Positions 9,647 to 19,112 are shown, numbered from the whole stretch's first letter. The stretch is 63,839 bases of DNA, filler included, from Myxococcota bacterium (GCA_049322255.1; 9 parts of 9 records of this genome joined end to end with filler, not necessarily neighbours in it); one strand, 5' to 3'. Program-made: numbers and translations. Notes: generated by a model not told the origin, from the letters alone.

Positions 9647-10243
9647 TTGCTGGCCTACGAGTACTTCGCCGATGGAGCCGTACGAAGCAGGCATGACGTC
9701 TTGCTCAACTCCTCGGAGGACTTCGAGTACGACTTCGCCGACCGGCTCACCAAGTGGACGCATGCACAAGACTGCCAGAGGTCTGTCGTAGAATACGAGT
9801 ACGACGATGGAGGAAACATGCGGGAGCGGCGCGTGCTGGAAGGGCCTCTTGCGGCGCTCTCCTACTCGTACGGAGAAGGAGGAGCCGGCCCCGGCGTGCT
9901 GACATCGGTGACGACTTCAGCCGGAGGCGCCACCCAGTTTGGGTATGACGCCAATGGCAACCAGACAAGCGCCGGCGCGAGGGTGGTCGACGCATACACG
10001 CCGTTCAACCTGCCGCGCACCATGCGAGTGCAGGGCGTTTCCACCGGCTTCGAGTACGACGCATTTGGAACGCGTGTGAGGAAGTCCTCGGGCACCGACG
10101 AGACGGTGTACGTCGAAGGCCTGTACGAAAAGCGCATGGCATCTCTTGTGAGGACGCACGTCTACAGCGCGTCCAGGCCAACAACGGCTTTGAGCAGCGC
10201 ACGCTTTCCCCCGGGGGCCAGTTGGGCAGATGACTTCCGCTGA
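9647..10243 (+). pseudogene. Orphan RHS/YD-repeat fragment
   Basis: FEYDFADRL, YEYDDGGN, FGYDANGN, YTPFNLP, FEYDAFGTRVRK; no RHS core end; apparent frameshift after THVYS. Confidence 0.85.
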
Positions 10244-10562
10244 CTCTCAGGCACAGGACTCCATTTCTAAAAACGCGCTGCCGTCGGCCCAAGTTCTATG
10301 ACCAGCAAGGCGAATGCGCTCGCCGTCAGTATCGGCGATGGCACCGAAAACCAGCAACTTCGCGCGTAACCCTTTCGGCACACCCGTGCGCGTGGCTGGG
10401 GGACAACGGGCGAGGCTGCGGGTGGGACGGTGATCCGGAGATTTCTTTGCGCAGGCTTGAAGGCGTTATTCGCCACAGGCGGGCGTGCCGAAGGGGCGGA
10501 GTTGGACCTTTTCCTCCCGAGCCTTGCTGGGCCATTGAGGGAGATTCTAGTCTCAGCGGCGC

Positions 10563-11993
10563 TTGAACGCCCGTGACCGGCTCGACCGGATCATCCTCCC
10601 CCTCGCCCTGACCATCGGAACCGCCGCGCGCGTCGTCTTCGCCCTCGTCGACGACGGCATCCACTGGCCGGATGAAATCTATCAATCGCTCGAGCCGGCC
10701 CACCGCGCCGTCTTCGGTTACGGCTGGCAGGCGTGGGAGTTTCTCGAGGGCGCGCGCCACTGGAGCTTTCCCGGCCTGGTGGCGCTGGTGCTGAAAACGG
10801 CGCTCCTCTTCGGCTTGCGTTCTCCGGCCGAGTACCTTCCCTTCCTCGAGCTCTTCTTCTGCACGGTGGGGACGGCCACCATCGCCTCGACCTACCTGCT
10901 CTCCCGCAGCGTCGGGGCCAGCCGCCTCTCCTCTGCGTTGGGCGCCGCCAGCTTCGCCTTCATGGGGTTGGCGGTGTACTTCGCCCCGCGGGCGATGGGA
11001 GAGACGCTCTCCGCGTTGCCTGTGACGCTCGCCTTCGCCCTCTTGTTGCTTGACGCGCCTCGTCGCTGGCACCTGGTGGCCGCCGGGGTGCTGCTTTCTT
11101 TGGCGGTGGGCTTTCGGCTGCAAAACGGGCTTTTGTGCTTGGGGGCGCTGGGCGTGCTTCTGGCGCGCCGCCGCCGCACCGACGCCCTGTGGCTTTTGGG
11201 AGTGCTCGGCCTGGGGGCGCTCGCCTACGGGCTGGTCGATTGGCTCACCTGGGGCAAACCCTTCCACTCCGCCCTGGTGTACCTGCGCTTCAACGTGCTG
11301 GAGGGGCGCTCCTCCGATTTCGGCCGCTCGCCTCCGTGGCACTACCTACGGGTGCTGGTCAGCGCCGAGTGGCTCACCGTGGTGCCGCTGGTGGGGCTGG
11401 CGGTGCTCGGTTTTCGCCGCCACCGCGCCCTGGCGGTGCTGTCGCTTGTCTACCTCCTGGCGCACTCCCTCATCCCGCACAAGGAGCTGCGCTTCCTCTT
11501 TCCCCTCTTTCCTTTGCTGTGCGCCCAAGCGGCGGTCGGGCTCGATGTGCTGTCTGCCTCCCGGCCGCGATGGGCACCGGCGGTCGCCGTGGGCTTGAGC
11601 CTGGCGAGCCTTCTGTCCTGTGCCACCCTCCCCGCCCTCACCTTCCGCCGCCTGGGCATCAAAAATCCCGGGCCGGGCAACCGGAGCGCGCTCGATTACG
11701 CCGGCGCGGAGAACCGGCTCTTGCTTTTCGCCAGCGCCCTTCCCGACGTCTGCGGGCTGAAAATCTCCAGCATCGAGAACTGGCGTACCGGCGGTTACAC
11801 CTACTTCCACCAAGAGGTGCCGCTCTACGGACGCGAGCGGCCCAACGACGGCGAGGGCCACTACAACTACCTCATCGCCCCCAAAGGCTCGGTGGCGGGC
11901 ACCGAAGTCGCCGCTGACGGAGAGGTGGCGCTGGTGCGTCTGTCGCCTCCTCCCTGCGCTCCGGACCCCGGCTATGACTGGCATCTGGAATGA
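10563..11993 (+). CDS. GT-C glycosyltransferase, GT22 (ALG9/PIG-B)-like mannosyltransferase
   Basis: HWPDEIYQSLEPAH and PHKELRFLFP motifs; many TM helices. Confidence 0.85.
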   Translation: MNARDRLDRIILPLALTIGTAARVVFALVDDGIHWPDEIYQSLEPAHRAVFGYGWQAWEFLEGARHWSFPGLVALVLKTALLFGLRSPAEYLPFLELFFCTVGTATIASTYLLSRSVGASRLSSALGAASFAFMGLAVYFAPRAMGETLSALPVTLAFALLLLDAPRRWHLVAAGVLLSLAVGFRLQNGLLCLGALGVLLARRRRTDALWLLGVLGLGALAYGLVDWLTWGKPFHSALVYLRFNVLEGRSSDFGRSPPWHYLRVLVSAEWLTVVPLVGLAVLGFRRHRALAVLSLVYLLAHSLIPHKELRFLFPLFPLLCAQAAVGLDVLSASRPRWAPAVAVGLSLASLLSCATLPALTFRRLGIKNPGPGNRSALDYAGAENRLLLFASALPDVCGLKISSIENWRTGGYTYFHQEVPLYGRERPNDGEGHYNYLIAPKGSVAGTEVAADGEVALVRLSPPPCAPDPGYDWHLE

Positions 11994-13446
11994 CGCGCGC
12001 GCCCGGTGGGCGGCGGCAGCGGTCGCGCTCTTTGCCTTCCTCTGGCGCGTCTACCCTTTCTGGCGCCACGGCGCCTTCGGCGTCGCCACCGACTACGACG
12101 AGGGCGTCTACTTCTCCGCCGCCTCCTTGCTCCTCCAAGGAGAGCTTCCCTACCGCGATTTCACCTTCGTCCACCCGCCGGGGCTCATCGCCTTCCTCTC
12201 TCTCACCAGCGCGTGGGCGACCCATCCCTTCGGCCCGGAGGTAGGCTTTACCCTCGCGCGCTGGGTGGCGGCGCTGGTGGCAGCGGTCAACGTGCTCCTG
12301 GTGTTCCGCCTCACCGAGCGCTGGACGGGGGCGGCGGGAGGGCTGGTCGCCGCGGCGCTCTACGCCACCTACCCCGAGCTGGTCATCGTGGAACGCGGTC
12401 CTTTCCTCGAGCCGGTGCTCAACCTCGCCTGTCTGTCGATGGCCGCGGCGCTGCAAAAAGCCGAGTCGCTGGAGAGCGCCGGCCACCAGCGCTGGCTCCT
12501 CGTCGCTGGCGTCTTGGGCGGGCTGGCGGTGACGGTGAAGGTGTGGGCGGTGTTCTGGGTGCTGGGTGGAGCCTTCGCGGTTCTCGTCCGTTCTCCGCGC
12601 GGGGTGGTGCGCTTCCTTCTCGGCGTGGGCTTGGGCGCAGCGGTGGTGGTGCTGCCCTTCGTCCTCGCCGCCCCTGCCCGCTTCTTCACCGAGACGTTGC
12701 TCTTTCACCTCTGGCGGCCACCCGACGGTACCCCCGAGCGGCTGCCGCGGCTGGGACAAATCATCGCCAAGCGCCACCTGGCCTCTCCGCTGCTCGCCCT
12801 GGCCTGCTTGGGCTTTTTCGCGCTCCGCCGCGGTCCCAAGGTGAACGTTCTTTTCGCCACCGCGTACGTGCTGCTCTTGGCCGCCTTCCTCGCCTCGGCC
12901 GCCTACTGGAATCAGTACAACGCCCACCTCATCGCCGCCGAGGCGGTGCTCGCCGGTGGATTCGCCGGCTGGATTCTCATGCACCCGCGGCTGCGGCTTT
13001 TGCTCGCCTTGCCAGCGGTGGCCAGCCTCTCTTTTTCGGTACGCGCCAGCGCCCGACTGCACGGAGCGCCGCCATCGAAAAAGCTGACGGAAGCCGTACG
13101 CCGCCACGTGCCCCAAGACGCCTGCCTTTTTGCCTTCGAGCCGGCCTGGGGCCTCGCTGCCGGGAGACTCCCTTCGCGCGCACCGGAAGGACCGCTGGTG
13201 GTGGACAGCTACGCGCGCATGCTCCTCTCCGCCGTGGAGGGGGGCGAGCGCTTCTCACATGCCCAGGCGGCCTTCGAAAGTCTCCAGAGCCAGCGCGAGG
13301 TGAAGGCGCTTCTACACGCGTGCCGCTTCGCCGCCGTCGGCGACCGCGGGCGCTGGCAACTGTCCCCTGAATCGCGCCGCTGGTTGGAGACCTCGTTTCA
13401 GGAGGTGGAGCCGGGCAGCGACGTGTGGCGCCGCCTCACGCCATGA
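11974..13446 (+). CDS. GT-C glycosyltransferase (ArnT/PMT-like)
   Basis: YDEGVY and LPYRDF..HPPG first-loop motifs; multi-TM. Confidence 0.8.
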   Translation: MTGIWNDARARWAAAAVALFAFLWRVYPFWRHGAFGVATDYDEGVYFSAASLLLQGELPYRDFTFVHPPGLIAFLSLTSAWATHPFGPEVGFTLARWVAALVAAVNVLLVFRLTERWTGAAGGLVAAALYATYPELVIVERGPFLEPVLNLACLSMAAALQKAESLESAGHQRWLLVAGVLGGLAVTVKVWAVFWVLGGAFAVLVRSPRGVVRFLLGVGLGAAVVVLPFVLAAPARFFTETLLFHLWRPPDGTPERLPRLGQIIAKRHLASPLLALACLGFFALRRGPKVNVLFATAYVLLLAAFLASAAYWNQYNAHLIAAEAVLAGGFAGWILMHPRLRLLLALPAVASLSFSVRASARLHGAPPSKKLTEAVRRHVPQDACLFAFEPAWGLAAGRLPSRAPEGPLVVDSYARMLLSAVEGGERFSHAQAAFESLQSQREVKALLHACRFAAVGDRGRWQLSPESRRWLETSFQEVEPGSDVWRRLTP

Positions 13447-13627
13447 AGTCGTGCCCGCGCACCGTCTTGCGGCCGTTGGCCTTGGCGCGCTTGGAGGCTT
13501 GCTCCAACAACCAGTACACGTAGCCGTTGAGCGCCTCGAAGGCGTCCCCGGCGGTGTTGCAGCCCGCCTTCTTGAGCACCGCCTTGGCCTTGCTGGCAAT
13601 CACCAACGGCTCCTGATTCTTCGCCAT
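13436..13627 (-). CDS. Bacterial histone-fold protein, 63 aa
   Basis: MAKNQEPLVIASKAKAVLKKAGCNTAGDAFEALNGYVYWLLEQASKRAKANGRKTVRGHDFMA; RKTVxxxD L2/alpha3 signature; AAAGGGA SD-like sequence upstream; forms the tail of track ORF 13436..14074. Confidence 0.9.
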   Translation of the reverse strand: MAKNQEPLVIASKAKAVLKKAGCNTAGDAFEALNGYVYWLLEQASKRAKANGRKTVRGHDFMA

Positions 13628-13723
13628 CGTCATTCCCTTTCTTGGGGGGGTGAAACCGCGGGCGGACTCTACCTCGCCCGGCGGTTTCGGAGGGGCGGCT
13701 TTTCTGCTAACCGCCAGCGCCCG

Positions 13724-14503
13724 ATGTCCTCCTTCTCCACCGCCGGCCTGGGCAAGGTCCTCTTCCGCTTCCGAAGCTTCACCCCGGTGCCCGTGCTCGC
13801 CCTCCTCGGGCTTCTCCTCTGGCGCTCCCGAGGCCAGGCGGGCCCGGGAGGCGACTTTGTCGACGCGGGCTTGAACGGCCTGGGCCTCTGGGTCGCCCTC
13901 GCCGGGCAAGCCTTGCGCTTCTACACCTTGGGCCAGGTGCCCGAAGGCACCAGCGGCCAGGGCTCTCAGCTGGAGGCAGTGACCCTCAACACCCGCGGCC
14001 CCTACGCCTACGTCCGTAACCCGCTCTACTTGGGAAATTTGGGCATCATCCTCGGCCTGCTCCTCATCGCCCACGACGTGTGGGTGTACGCCCTGGGGCT
14101 CTCGTTCTTCTTCGGGGAGTACTTCTTCATCATCCGGGCCGAGGAGGATTTCCTCCGCGCCCAGTTCGGAGCGAAGTACGAGGAGTTTCTGAAGAAGGTT
14201 CCCCGCTGGGTGCCGCGCCTTTCACCGGCCTACGAAGGCGAGCTGCGGGCCGGCTTCGACCTCGCCCGCGCCTTGAAGAAGGAGCACAACCCCTTCGCTG
14301 CCTGGGGCAGCGGCGCCCTCCTCCTCCTCGGCTGGGAGCTCTACGCCCGCCAGAACCTCACCTCTGGGCGGCTCACCGGCCTCGTCTGCCTCGAGGCGGC
14401 GGTGCTCGTTTCCTTCGCGCTCATCAAGGCCTACAAGCACGGGTGGGTGGGGGTGCCTTCGCGGGGGTCGCCCAATCGTCAACCTGGAGGGGTTGACGAA
14501 TAG
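13724..14503 (+). CDS. Isoprenylcysteine carboxyl methyltransferase/PEMT-family membrane methyltransferase
   Basis: GPYAYVRNPLYLG, EEDFL..QFG..YEEF...VPRWVP motifs. Confidence 0.88.
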   Translation: MSSFSTAGLGKVLFRFRSFTPVPVLALLGLLLWRSRGQAGPGGDFVDAGLNGLGLWVALAGQALRFYTLGQVPEGTSGQGSQLEAVTLNTRGPYAYVRNPLYLGNLGIILGLLLIAHDVWVYALGLSFFFGEYFFIIRAEEDFLRAQFGAKYEEFLKKVPRWVPRLSPAYEGELRAGFDLARALKKEHNPFAAWGSGALLLLGWELYARQNLTSGRLTGLVCLEAAVLVSFALIKAYKHGWVGVPSRGSPNRQPGGVDE

Positions 14504-14570
14504 GTTGACGATTACCGAATCTCCCTCTGAAGCGGGTTGACGATTCGGTTGACGCAGGGGTTGACGATTA
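14474..14570. repeat. GGTTGACG(ATT) repeat array with 12-bp period
   Basis: Direct copies at 14491, 14503, 14535, 14547 and 14559, plus an inverted AATCGTCAACC at 14474. Confidence 0.8.
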
Positions 14571-15086
14571 GCCCAACCTCACAAACAGACCCCAGGGGGT
14601 GCGCTTCGGTGGTCGCCGTTCCTAGCTTGACGGAATGCAACCAAGCGCCTTCGAGCACGACCGCACCCACATCACCGAGGAGCCGGAGCCGCCCGGGTGC
14701 CACCACGACCCGCGGCACCAGGACGTGGATTGGCTGGGAAGCGCCCATCAAGGCGGCGGGGGGGTGCCTGAAGAGTATGAGTGGACCACCAACCCCCGCC
14801 ACGACCGGCTGCTCGAGCACGTGGGCAACTGACGGCGGCGAAGCAAAGATGATAGGTGCGGCCGCATGNNNNNNNNNNNNNNNNNNNNNNNNNNNNNNNN
14901 NNNNNNNNNNNNTTAATTAATTAANNNNNNNNNNNNNNNNNNNNNNNNNNNNNNNNNNNNNNNNNNNNTCCGGGACAGCAGTCTGCCGAGGCTTGGTCAT
15001 GACCCACAGCCAAACCGAAGTGCGTGTCCCCCCACAACTTCAGCGTTCGGTATTGCTAACGAGATCGATCACTTATCGTGCGCTCG

Positions 15087-15120
15087 CCCTGCCCCCTGGG
15101 AGAGGGTGGGGGTGAGGGGC
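15087..15120 (+). repeat. REP-like palindromic element
   Basis: CCCTGCCCCCTGGGAGAGGGTGGGGGTGAGGGGC; homologues at 28764, 33534 and 57744. Confidence 0.75.
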
Positions 15121-15148
15121 CAACAACTCACGTTCATGAGCATCCTCC

Positions 15149-16150
15149 TCACATCAGCTCGTTCTTCGGCTGCCGCGTCATCAACTCCACCACCGCGGCC
15201 TTGGGGTTTTTACCCTCGTACATGATGGCGTAGACCTGGTCGCAGATGGGCAGCTCGACGCTCATCTTTCGCGACAGGTCGCGCGCGCTCTTGGCGGTCT
15301 TCACCCCTTCGGCCACCTGGTTCATCTCGGAGAGAATTTGGTCGAGGCTCCTTCCCTCCCCCAGCAAAAGCCCCACGCGGCGATTGCGCGACAGCTCGCC
15401 GGTGCAGGTGAGCACCAGGTCCCCCATGCCGGCCAGCCCGGAGAGGGTGAGCGGGTTGGCGCCTTTGCGCACCGCGATGCGGGTGATTTCCGCCAGCCCG
15501 CGGGTGATGAGCGCAGCGCGGGCGTTGTGGCCAAAGCCCAGGCCGTCGGAGATGCCGGCGGCGATGGCGACAACGTTCTTGAGGGCGGCGCCGATTTGCA
15601 CCCCCACCACGTCGGAGGAGGTGTACGAGCGAAAAGTCTCGGTGTTGAACGCCGTCTGGCAGCGCAAGGCGACCTTGTCCCACTGGGCGGCGATGGTCAC
15701 CACCGTGGGTAGGCGCATCACCATCTCTTTGGCGAAGGAGGGCCCGGAGAGCACGGCCAGGTAAGGGTGGAGCTCCTCGGGGAGGACCGACTCCATCACC
15801 TCGGTCATGGTGAGCAAGGTCTCGTTCTCGATGCCCTTGGAGACGGTGACGATGGGCGCGCCCTTGGGCAGGTGCCCCACCGCGCGTAAGAGCACCTCGC
15901 GGGTGGCGTGGGAAGGCGTGGCCAAGCAGACCAGCTCCACCCCGGCGAGCGCCTCACCCAAATCGCCGAAGGCGAGGAGGTTCTTCGGCAGGGCGATGCC
16001 CGGAAGGTAGGTGGGGTTCTCATGCCGCTCGTTGAGGGCTGTGACCAGCGCCCTCTCGCGGGCCCAGATGCGCACCTCTTCACAGTTGGTGGCCAGCGCA
16101 GTGGCGACCGCGGTGCCGAAGGAGCCGGCTCCGATGACGGCAGCCTTCAT
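15149..16150 (-). CDS. gpsA: NAD(P)H-dependent glycerol-3-phosphate dehydrogenase
   Basis: GAGSFGTA, SKGIE, LSGPSFA, ALKNVVAI, GDLVLTC...SRN, AEGV motifs. Confidence 0.98.
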   Translation of the reverse strand: MKAAVIGAGSFGTAVATALATNCEEVRIWARERALVTALNERHENPTYLPGIALPKNLLAFGDLGEALAGVELVCLATPSHATREVLLRAVGHLPKGAPIVTVSKGIENETLLTMTEVMESVLPEELHPYLAVLSGPSFAKEMVMRLPTVVTIAAQWDKVALRCQTAFNTETFRSYTSSDVVGVQIGAALKNVVAIAAGISDGLGFGHNARAALITRGLAEITRIAVRKGANPLTLSGLAGMGDLVLTCTGELSRNRRVGLLLGEGRSLDQILSEMNQVAEGVKTAKSARDLSRKMSVELPICDQVYAIMYEGKNPKAAVVELMTRQPKNELM

Positions 16151-17010
16151 ATCGCCGTGACCAAACCTACCGAACACGCGGGCATGAACACCGAATCGAC
16201 GTTGCGCCCGTGCAGGTCGAAGCCGAGCACGAAGAGGAAGGAGGTCTTGGGCGAGAAGGGCATCTCGGCGCCCATGCGTACCAGGGTGTTGTGCCCCAGC
16301 TGCACCGCCGCGGGCACACCGCCGAGCGGGTCTTGCTGGTACGGCTCGGTGTCGAACGCCGCCTGATAGCGCAGGTCGAGGAACATGCGCGCAGAGCGGG
16401 GCGTGTCGCCGCGGTAAGAGACGAGCACGCCGGGCACTACGTTGTAGTTGCGCCGCCCGGTGAGCCAACGCGCGCCCTTGGGGTCGGCTCCGGGCTTTTG
16501 CGAGAAGAAGGCGCGCCCGCCCTCCACGGCCAGCCCCAGCGACCAGTGCTCGTCGGCGGCCAGTTGCCACTTCACCAAGGCCCGCACCTCGTTCATCGTT
16601 CCGTAGAAGCTGTCGAAACCCACCCCCACGTCGAGGGTGTCGAGCACCCCCAACCCAGCACGCAGCCCCACCAGTGGGAAGCCCAGATGCAGCCCCAGCC
16701 CGCGGTTCCACTGCCCCAGCGCGGGGGCGCCGAACATGCTCACCCGGTTGAAGTCTTCGGGGCGCGGAGGCCTTGGCACCGGCCGCTGCAGCGTCGCCGA
16801 CGTCGGCGTGCCCACCGGCAGCGAAACGGGCGGAGGCGGCAACACCGCGGGTGGCGGCGGCTCGACCGCTGGGGGAGGCACACTTGCGGGCGCACCCTCA
16901 GCGGGGAAAGTGCCCCACTCCTCGTCGGGGGCGCCCGGGTCGGTCTGAGCGAGCGCAACAGCCCGAGGCAGGAGCAGGGCGGCGAGGAACCAGGGGCGAA
17001 GTGCGCGCAT
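16147..17010 (-). CDS. Secreted or outer-membrane beta-rich hypothetical protein with Pro-rich linker
   Basis: Signal peptide, poly-Pro linker, alternating beta-strand pattern; stop overlaps the gpsA start. Confidence 0.7.
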   Translation of the reverse strand: MRALRPWFLAALLLPRAVALAQTDPGAPDEEWGTFPAEGAPASVPPPAVEPPPPAVLPPPPVSLPVGTPTSATLQRPVPRPPRPEDFNRVSMFGAPALGQWNRGLGLHLGFPLVGLRAGLGVLDTLDVGVGFDSFYGTMNEVRALVKWQLAADEHWSLGLAVEGGRAFFSQKPGADPKGARWLTGRRNYNVVPGVLVSYRGDTPRSARMFLDLRYQAAFDTEPYQQDPLGGVPAAVQLGHNTLVRMGAEMPFSPKTSFLFVLGFDLHGRNVDSVFMPACSVGLVTAI

Positions 17011-17096
17011 TGTCCGCTCCTTTACTCCAACGAAACGGGGTGCAACCGGACCTTGCCCAGTTGCACCCCGATGAAACGCCTTTCGCCTGGCTTTCG

Positions 17097-19112
17097 CTAG
17101 AGCGACTTCAAGTATTCGACCAAGTCGTCCATCTCGGCGTCAGAAAGCGGGCTGGTCAAGCCGTGCTGGTCGGTGGCCTTCGACAGCTGCAAGCGGTGAC
17201 GCAGCGAGGTGGCGCTCCCGTCATGCAGGTAAGGCGCGGTACGCGCGAGGTTGAGCAGCGAGGGGGTGTTGAGACCGCCGTTGGGGAGCTTGCTCAAGTC
17301 GTCGGGGTTGGCGCCTTTGGTCACCAGGGTGCCCACATTGGCGAAGAGGTTGTTGGTGAGGGTCTCCCCGGCGTGGCAGCCGTTGCACTGCGCCTTCTCG
17401 AACACCGCCTTGCCGCGCACCTGCGGCTCGGTGAGGGTGCCGTCGAGCTGCTGGTGCGGGTTGTCGGCCGCGGGCAGCGAGTCGACGAAGGCGGCGATGT
17501 GGCCCGCCACGGTGTCGGTGACGCCAATGCCACCCATGCGCGCCTTGATGGTGTGGTCCATGAAGCTGGCCAGGGTGACGAACTCGCCGTTCCAGTGGTA
17601 GGGCCCGGTCTTCAAGGTGGCCCTGCCCGCCAAGGTGGGCGTCTGCCGCGGCCCGTCGGGGAAGTTCCACACGTGGCTGTCGTCGCGGCCCTCGAGGTGA
17701 CAGGTGGAGCAGGCCACGTTGGTGCCCTTGGCGCTCATCCTCTGGTCCCGAGCGTCGAAGAACATCTTGCGGCCCGACACCAAGTCGGCAGAGAGGGTGT
17801 CTTGCGCCACCGCAATCACCTTGCCGGTGTTGATGACCTCGGCCTCCGGACCGCTGCCGGTGGAGACGAGGGTGTCGATGCGGTGGTCGAACTGGCTGTA
17901 GACGTACGCCTTCTTCCCATCGCGGGTGAGGGCGATGCCGTCGGGGCCGGCGCCCACGTCGGAGACGTAGTCGCGCACCGAGCTCCCGGTGGAGGAGAAG
18001 CTCACGCCGTCGACGCTCAGGTCGTCCCCGTCGCGCCGGGCGGTGGGCATGACGGCCACGCTGTTGGTTTCCTTGTTGACCAAAAACAGCCATGCGCCGG
18101 TCGGGTCCACCGCCGCGGCCACCGGCCCTTGCACTGGCCTATTCCCGGACCGGTCGACCGCCACCGTGGAGGGGGGAAAGTCCTTCCCGTCGGAGTTGGT
18201 GCTGAAAGCGCAGGCGGTCAGGTCGTCGACCTTGGGCTCGGCTTGAGCGGTGAGGGTGACCAGACCGGCGGTGGCGATCGCTCCTATGTTGCAGGGGCCT
18301 CCGTTGGCGTAGTAGCCGCCGAAGGTGGAGGGCGCGGTGGCGATGGCGTCTTCGCGGGCCCACACCACCGGGGCGTACACCCGCTCGCCGTCGGGGCTGA
18401 CCACCACGTCGGCCGCCGCGCGGGCGTGGAAGGAGCTGAAGGCGGTGCGGCCGAAGCCGGGGTTGGTGCCCTCCAGCCGCGAGCGGTTCACATTCTGGTA
18501 CAGCTGGATGTCGTTCTCATCCTTGACGATGGTCTGGGTCTCCAGATTGACCTTCACGAACTCGCCCCGGCGGTAGAGGGAGACGATGGCGGTGTTGTCC
18601 CGAAGCAGGGCGATGGCGCGGGGCTCCTCGCCGACTTTCATCTCCCACACCGGCTGGAGCGAGGCCACGTCGATGGCGGTGAGCGTGCCCACCGAGGCGT
18701 CATCGAGCGAGGTGCTGCTCACCACGTAGAGCAGCTTGTCGTCCGCCGAGACCGCCATACCGGTGGGCTCGACGCCGACGTCCGCGATGGTCGCCGCCGG
18801 CGCGCTGAAATCTCCCCGGCGGATGACCGAGACGCTGCGGCTGCCGCGGTTGGAGACGTAGATGGTGTCGTCGTGGCCGACCACCACCCGCGTGGGAACC
18901 TTGCCCACCTTCACCTTGGCGATAACCTCGTCTTTGCGGGTGTCGACCACGGCGAGGATTTCGTTGTCGGTGTCGAGCGCATAGAGCAGCGCGTCGTCCC
19001 GGGAGAGGGCCAAGGAGCCGGACGAGTTGGTGTACGTGGGCGAGATGGGCCCCTCACAGCCGACCAAGGCGGCGGTCGCCACCCCGACAAAAATCCGCTT
19101 CCAGTTCTGCAT
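17097..19112 (-). CDS. Lipoprotein: YVTN/YncE beta-propeller plus di-haem cytochrome c (peroxidase-like) domain
   Basis: GGAGG SD; lipobox ALVGC; VG..P propeller blades; CSTCH and CNGCH; PYHWNG, TPSL..LARTAPYLHDGS. Confidence 0.85.
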   Translation of the reverse strand: MQNWKRIFVGVATAALVGCEGPISPTYTNSSGSLALSRDDALLYALDTDNEILAVVDTRKDEVIAKVKVGKVPTRVVVGHDDTIYVSNRGSRSVSVIRRGDFSAPAATIADVGVEPTGMAVSADDKLLYVVSSTSLDDASVGTLTAIDVASLQPVWEMKVGEEPRAIALLRDNTAIVSLYRRGEFVKVNLETQTIVKDENDIQLYQNVNRSRLEGTNPGFGRTAFSSFHARAAADVVVSPDGERVYAPVVWAREDAIATAPSTFGGYYANGGPCNIGAIATAGLVTLTAQAEPKVDDLTACAFSTNSDGKDFPPSTVAVDRSGNRPVQGPVAAAVDPTGAWLFLVNKETNSVAVMPTARRDGDDLSVDGVSFSSTGSSVRDYVSDVGAGPDGIALTRDGKKAYVYSQFDHRIDTLVSTGSGPEAEVINTGKVIAVAQDTLSADLVSGRKMFFDARDQRMSAKGTNVACSTCHLEGRDDSHVWNFPDGPRQTPTLAGRATLKTGPYHWNGEFVTLASFMDHTIKARMGGIGVTDTVAGHIAAFVDSLPAADNPHQQLDGTLTEPQVRGKAVFEKAQCNGCHAGETLTNNLFANVGTLVTKGANPDDLSKLPNGGLNTPSLLNLARTAPYLHDGSATSLRHRLQLSKATDQHGLTSPLSDAEMDDLVEYLKSL

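Noticed and set aside
13436..14074. 212-aa ORF as given in the track
   Set aside because: The N-terminal part is antisense to the methyltransferase; only the last 63 codons, with their own SD, form a credible gene
14474..14570. CRISPR array
   Set aside because: Repeats are only 8-11 bp with no unique 25-45-bp spacers, and there are no cas genes
14635..14832. 65-aa His/Glu-rich ORF as a RiPP precursor
   Set aside because: No SD, leader or modifying enzyme nearby, and it sits at a contig end
15149..16711. Apparent long N-terminal extensions on gpsA, fdhD, btuF, cyoE and DUF692
   Set aside because: They overlap upstream genes in other frames; overlap-coupled or nearby downstream starts fit the family N-termini
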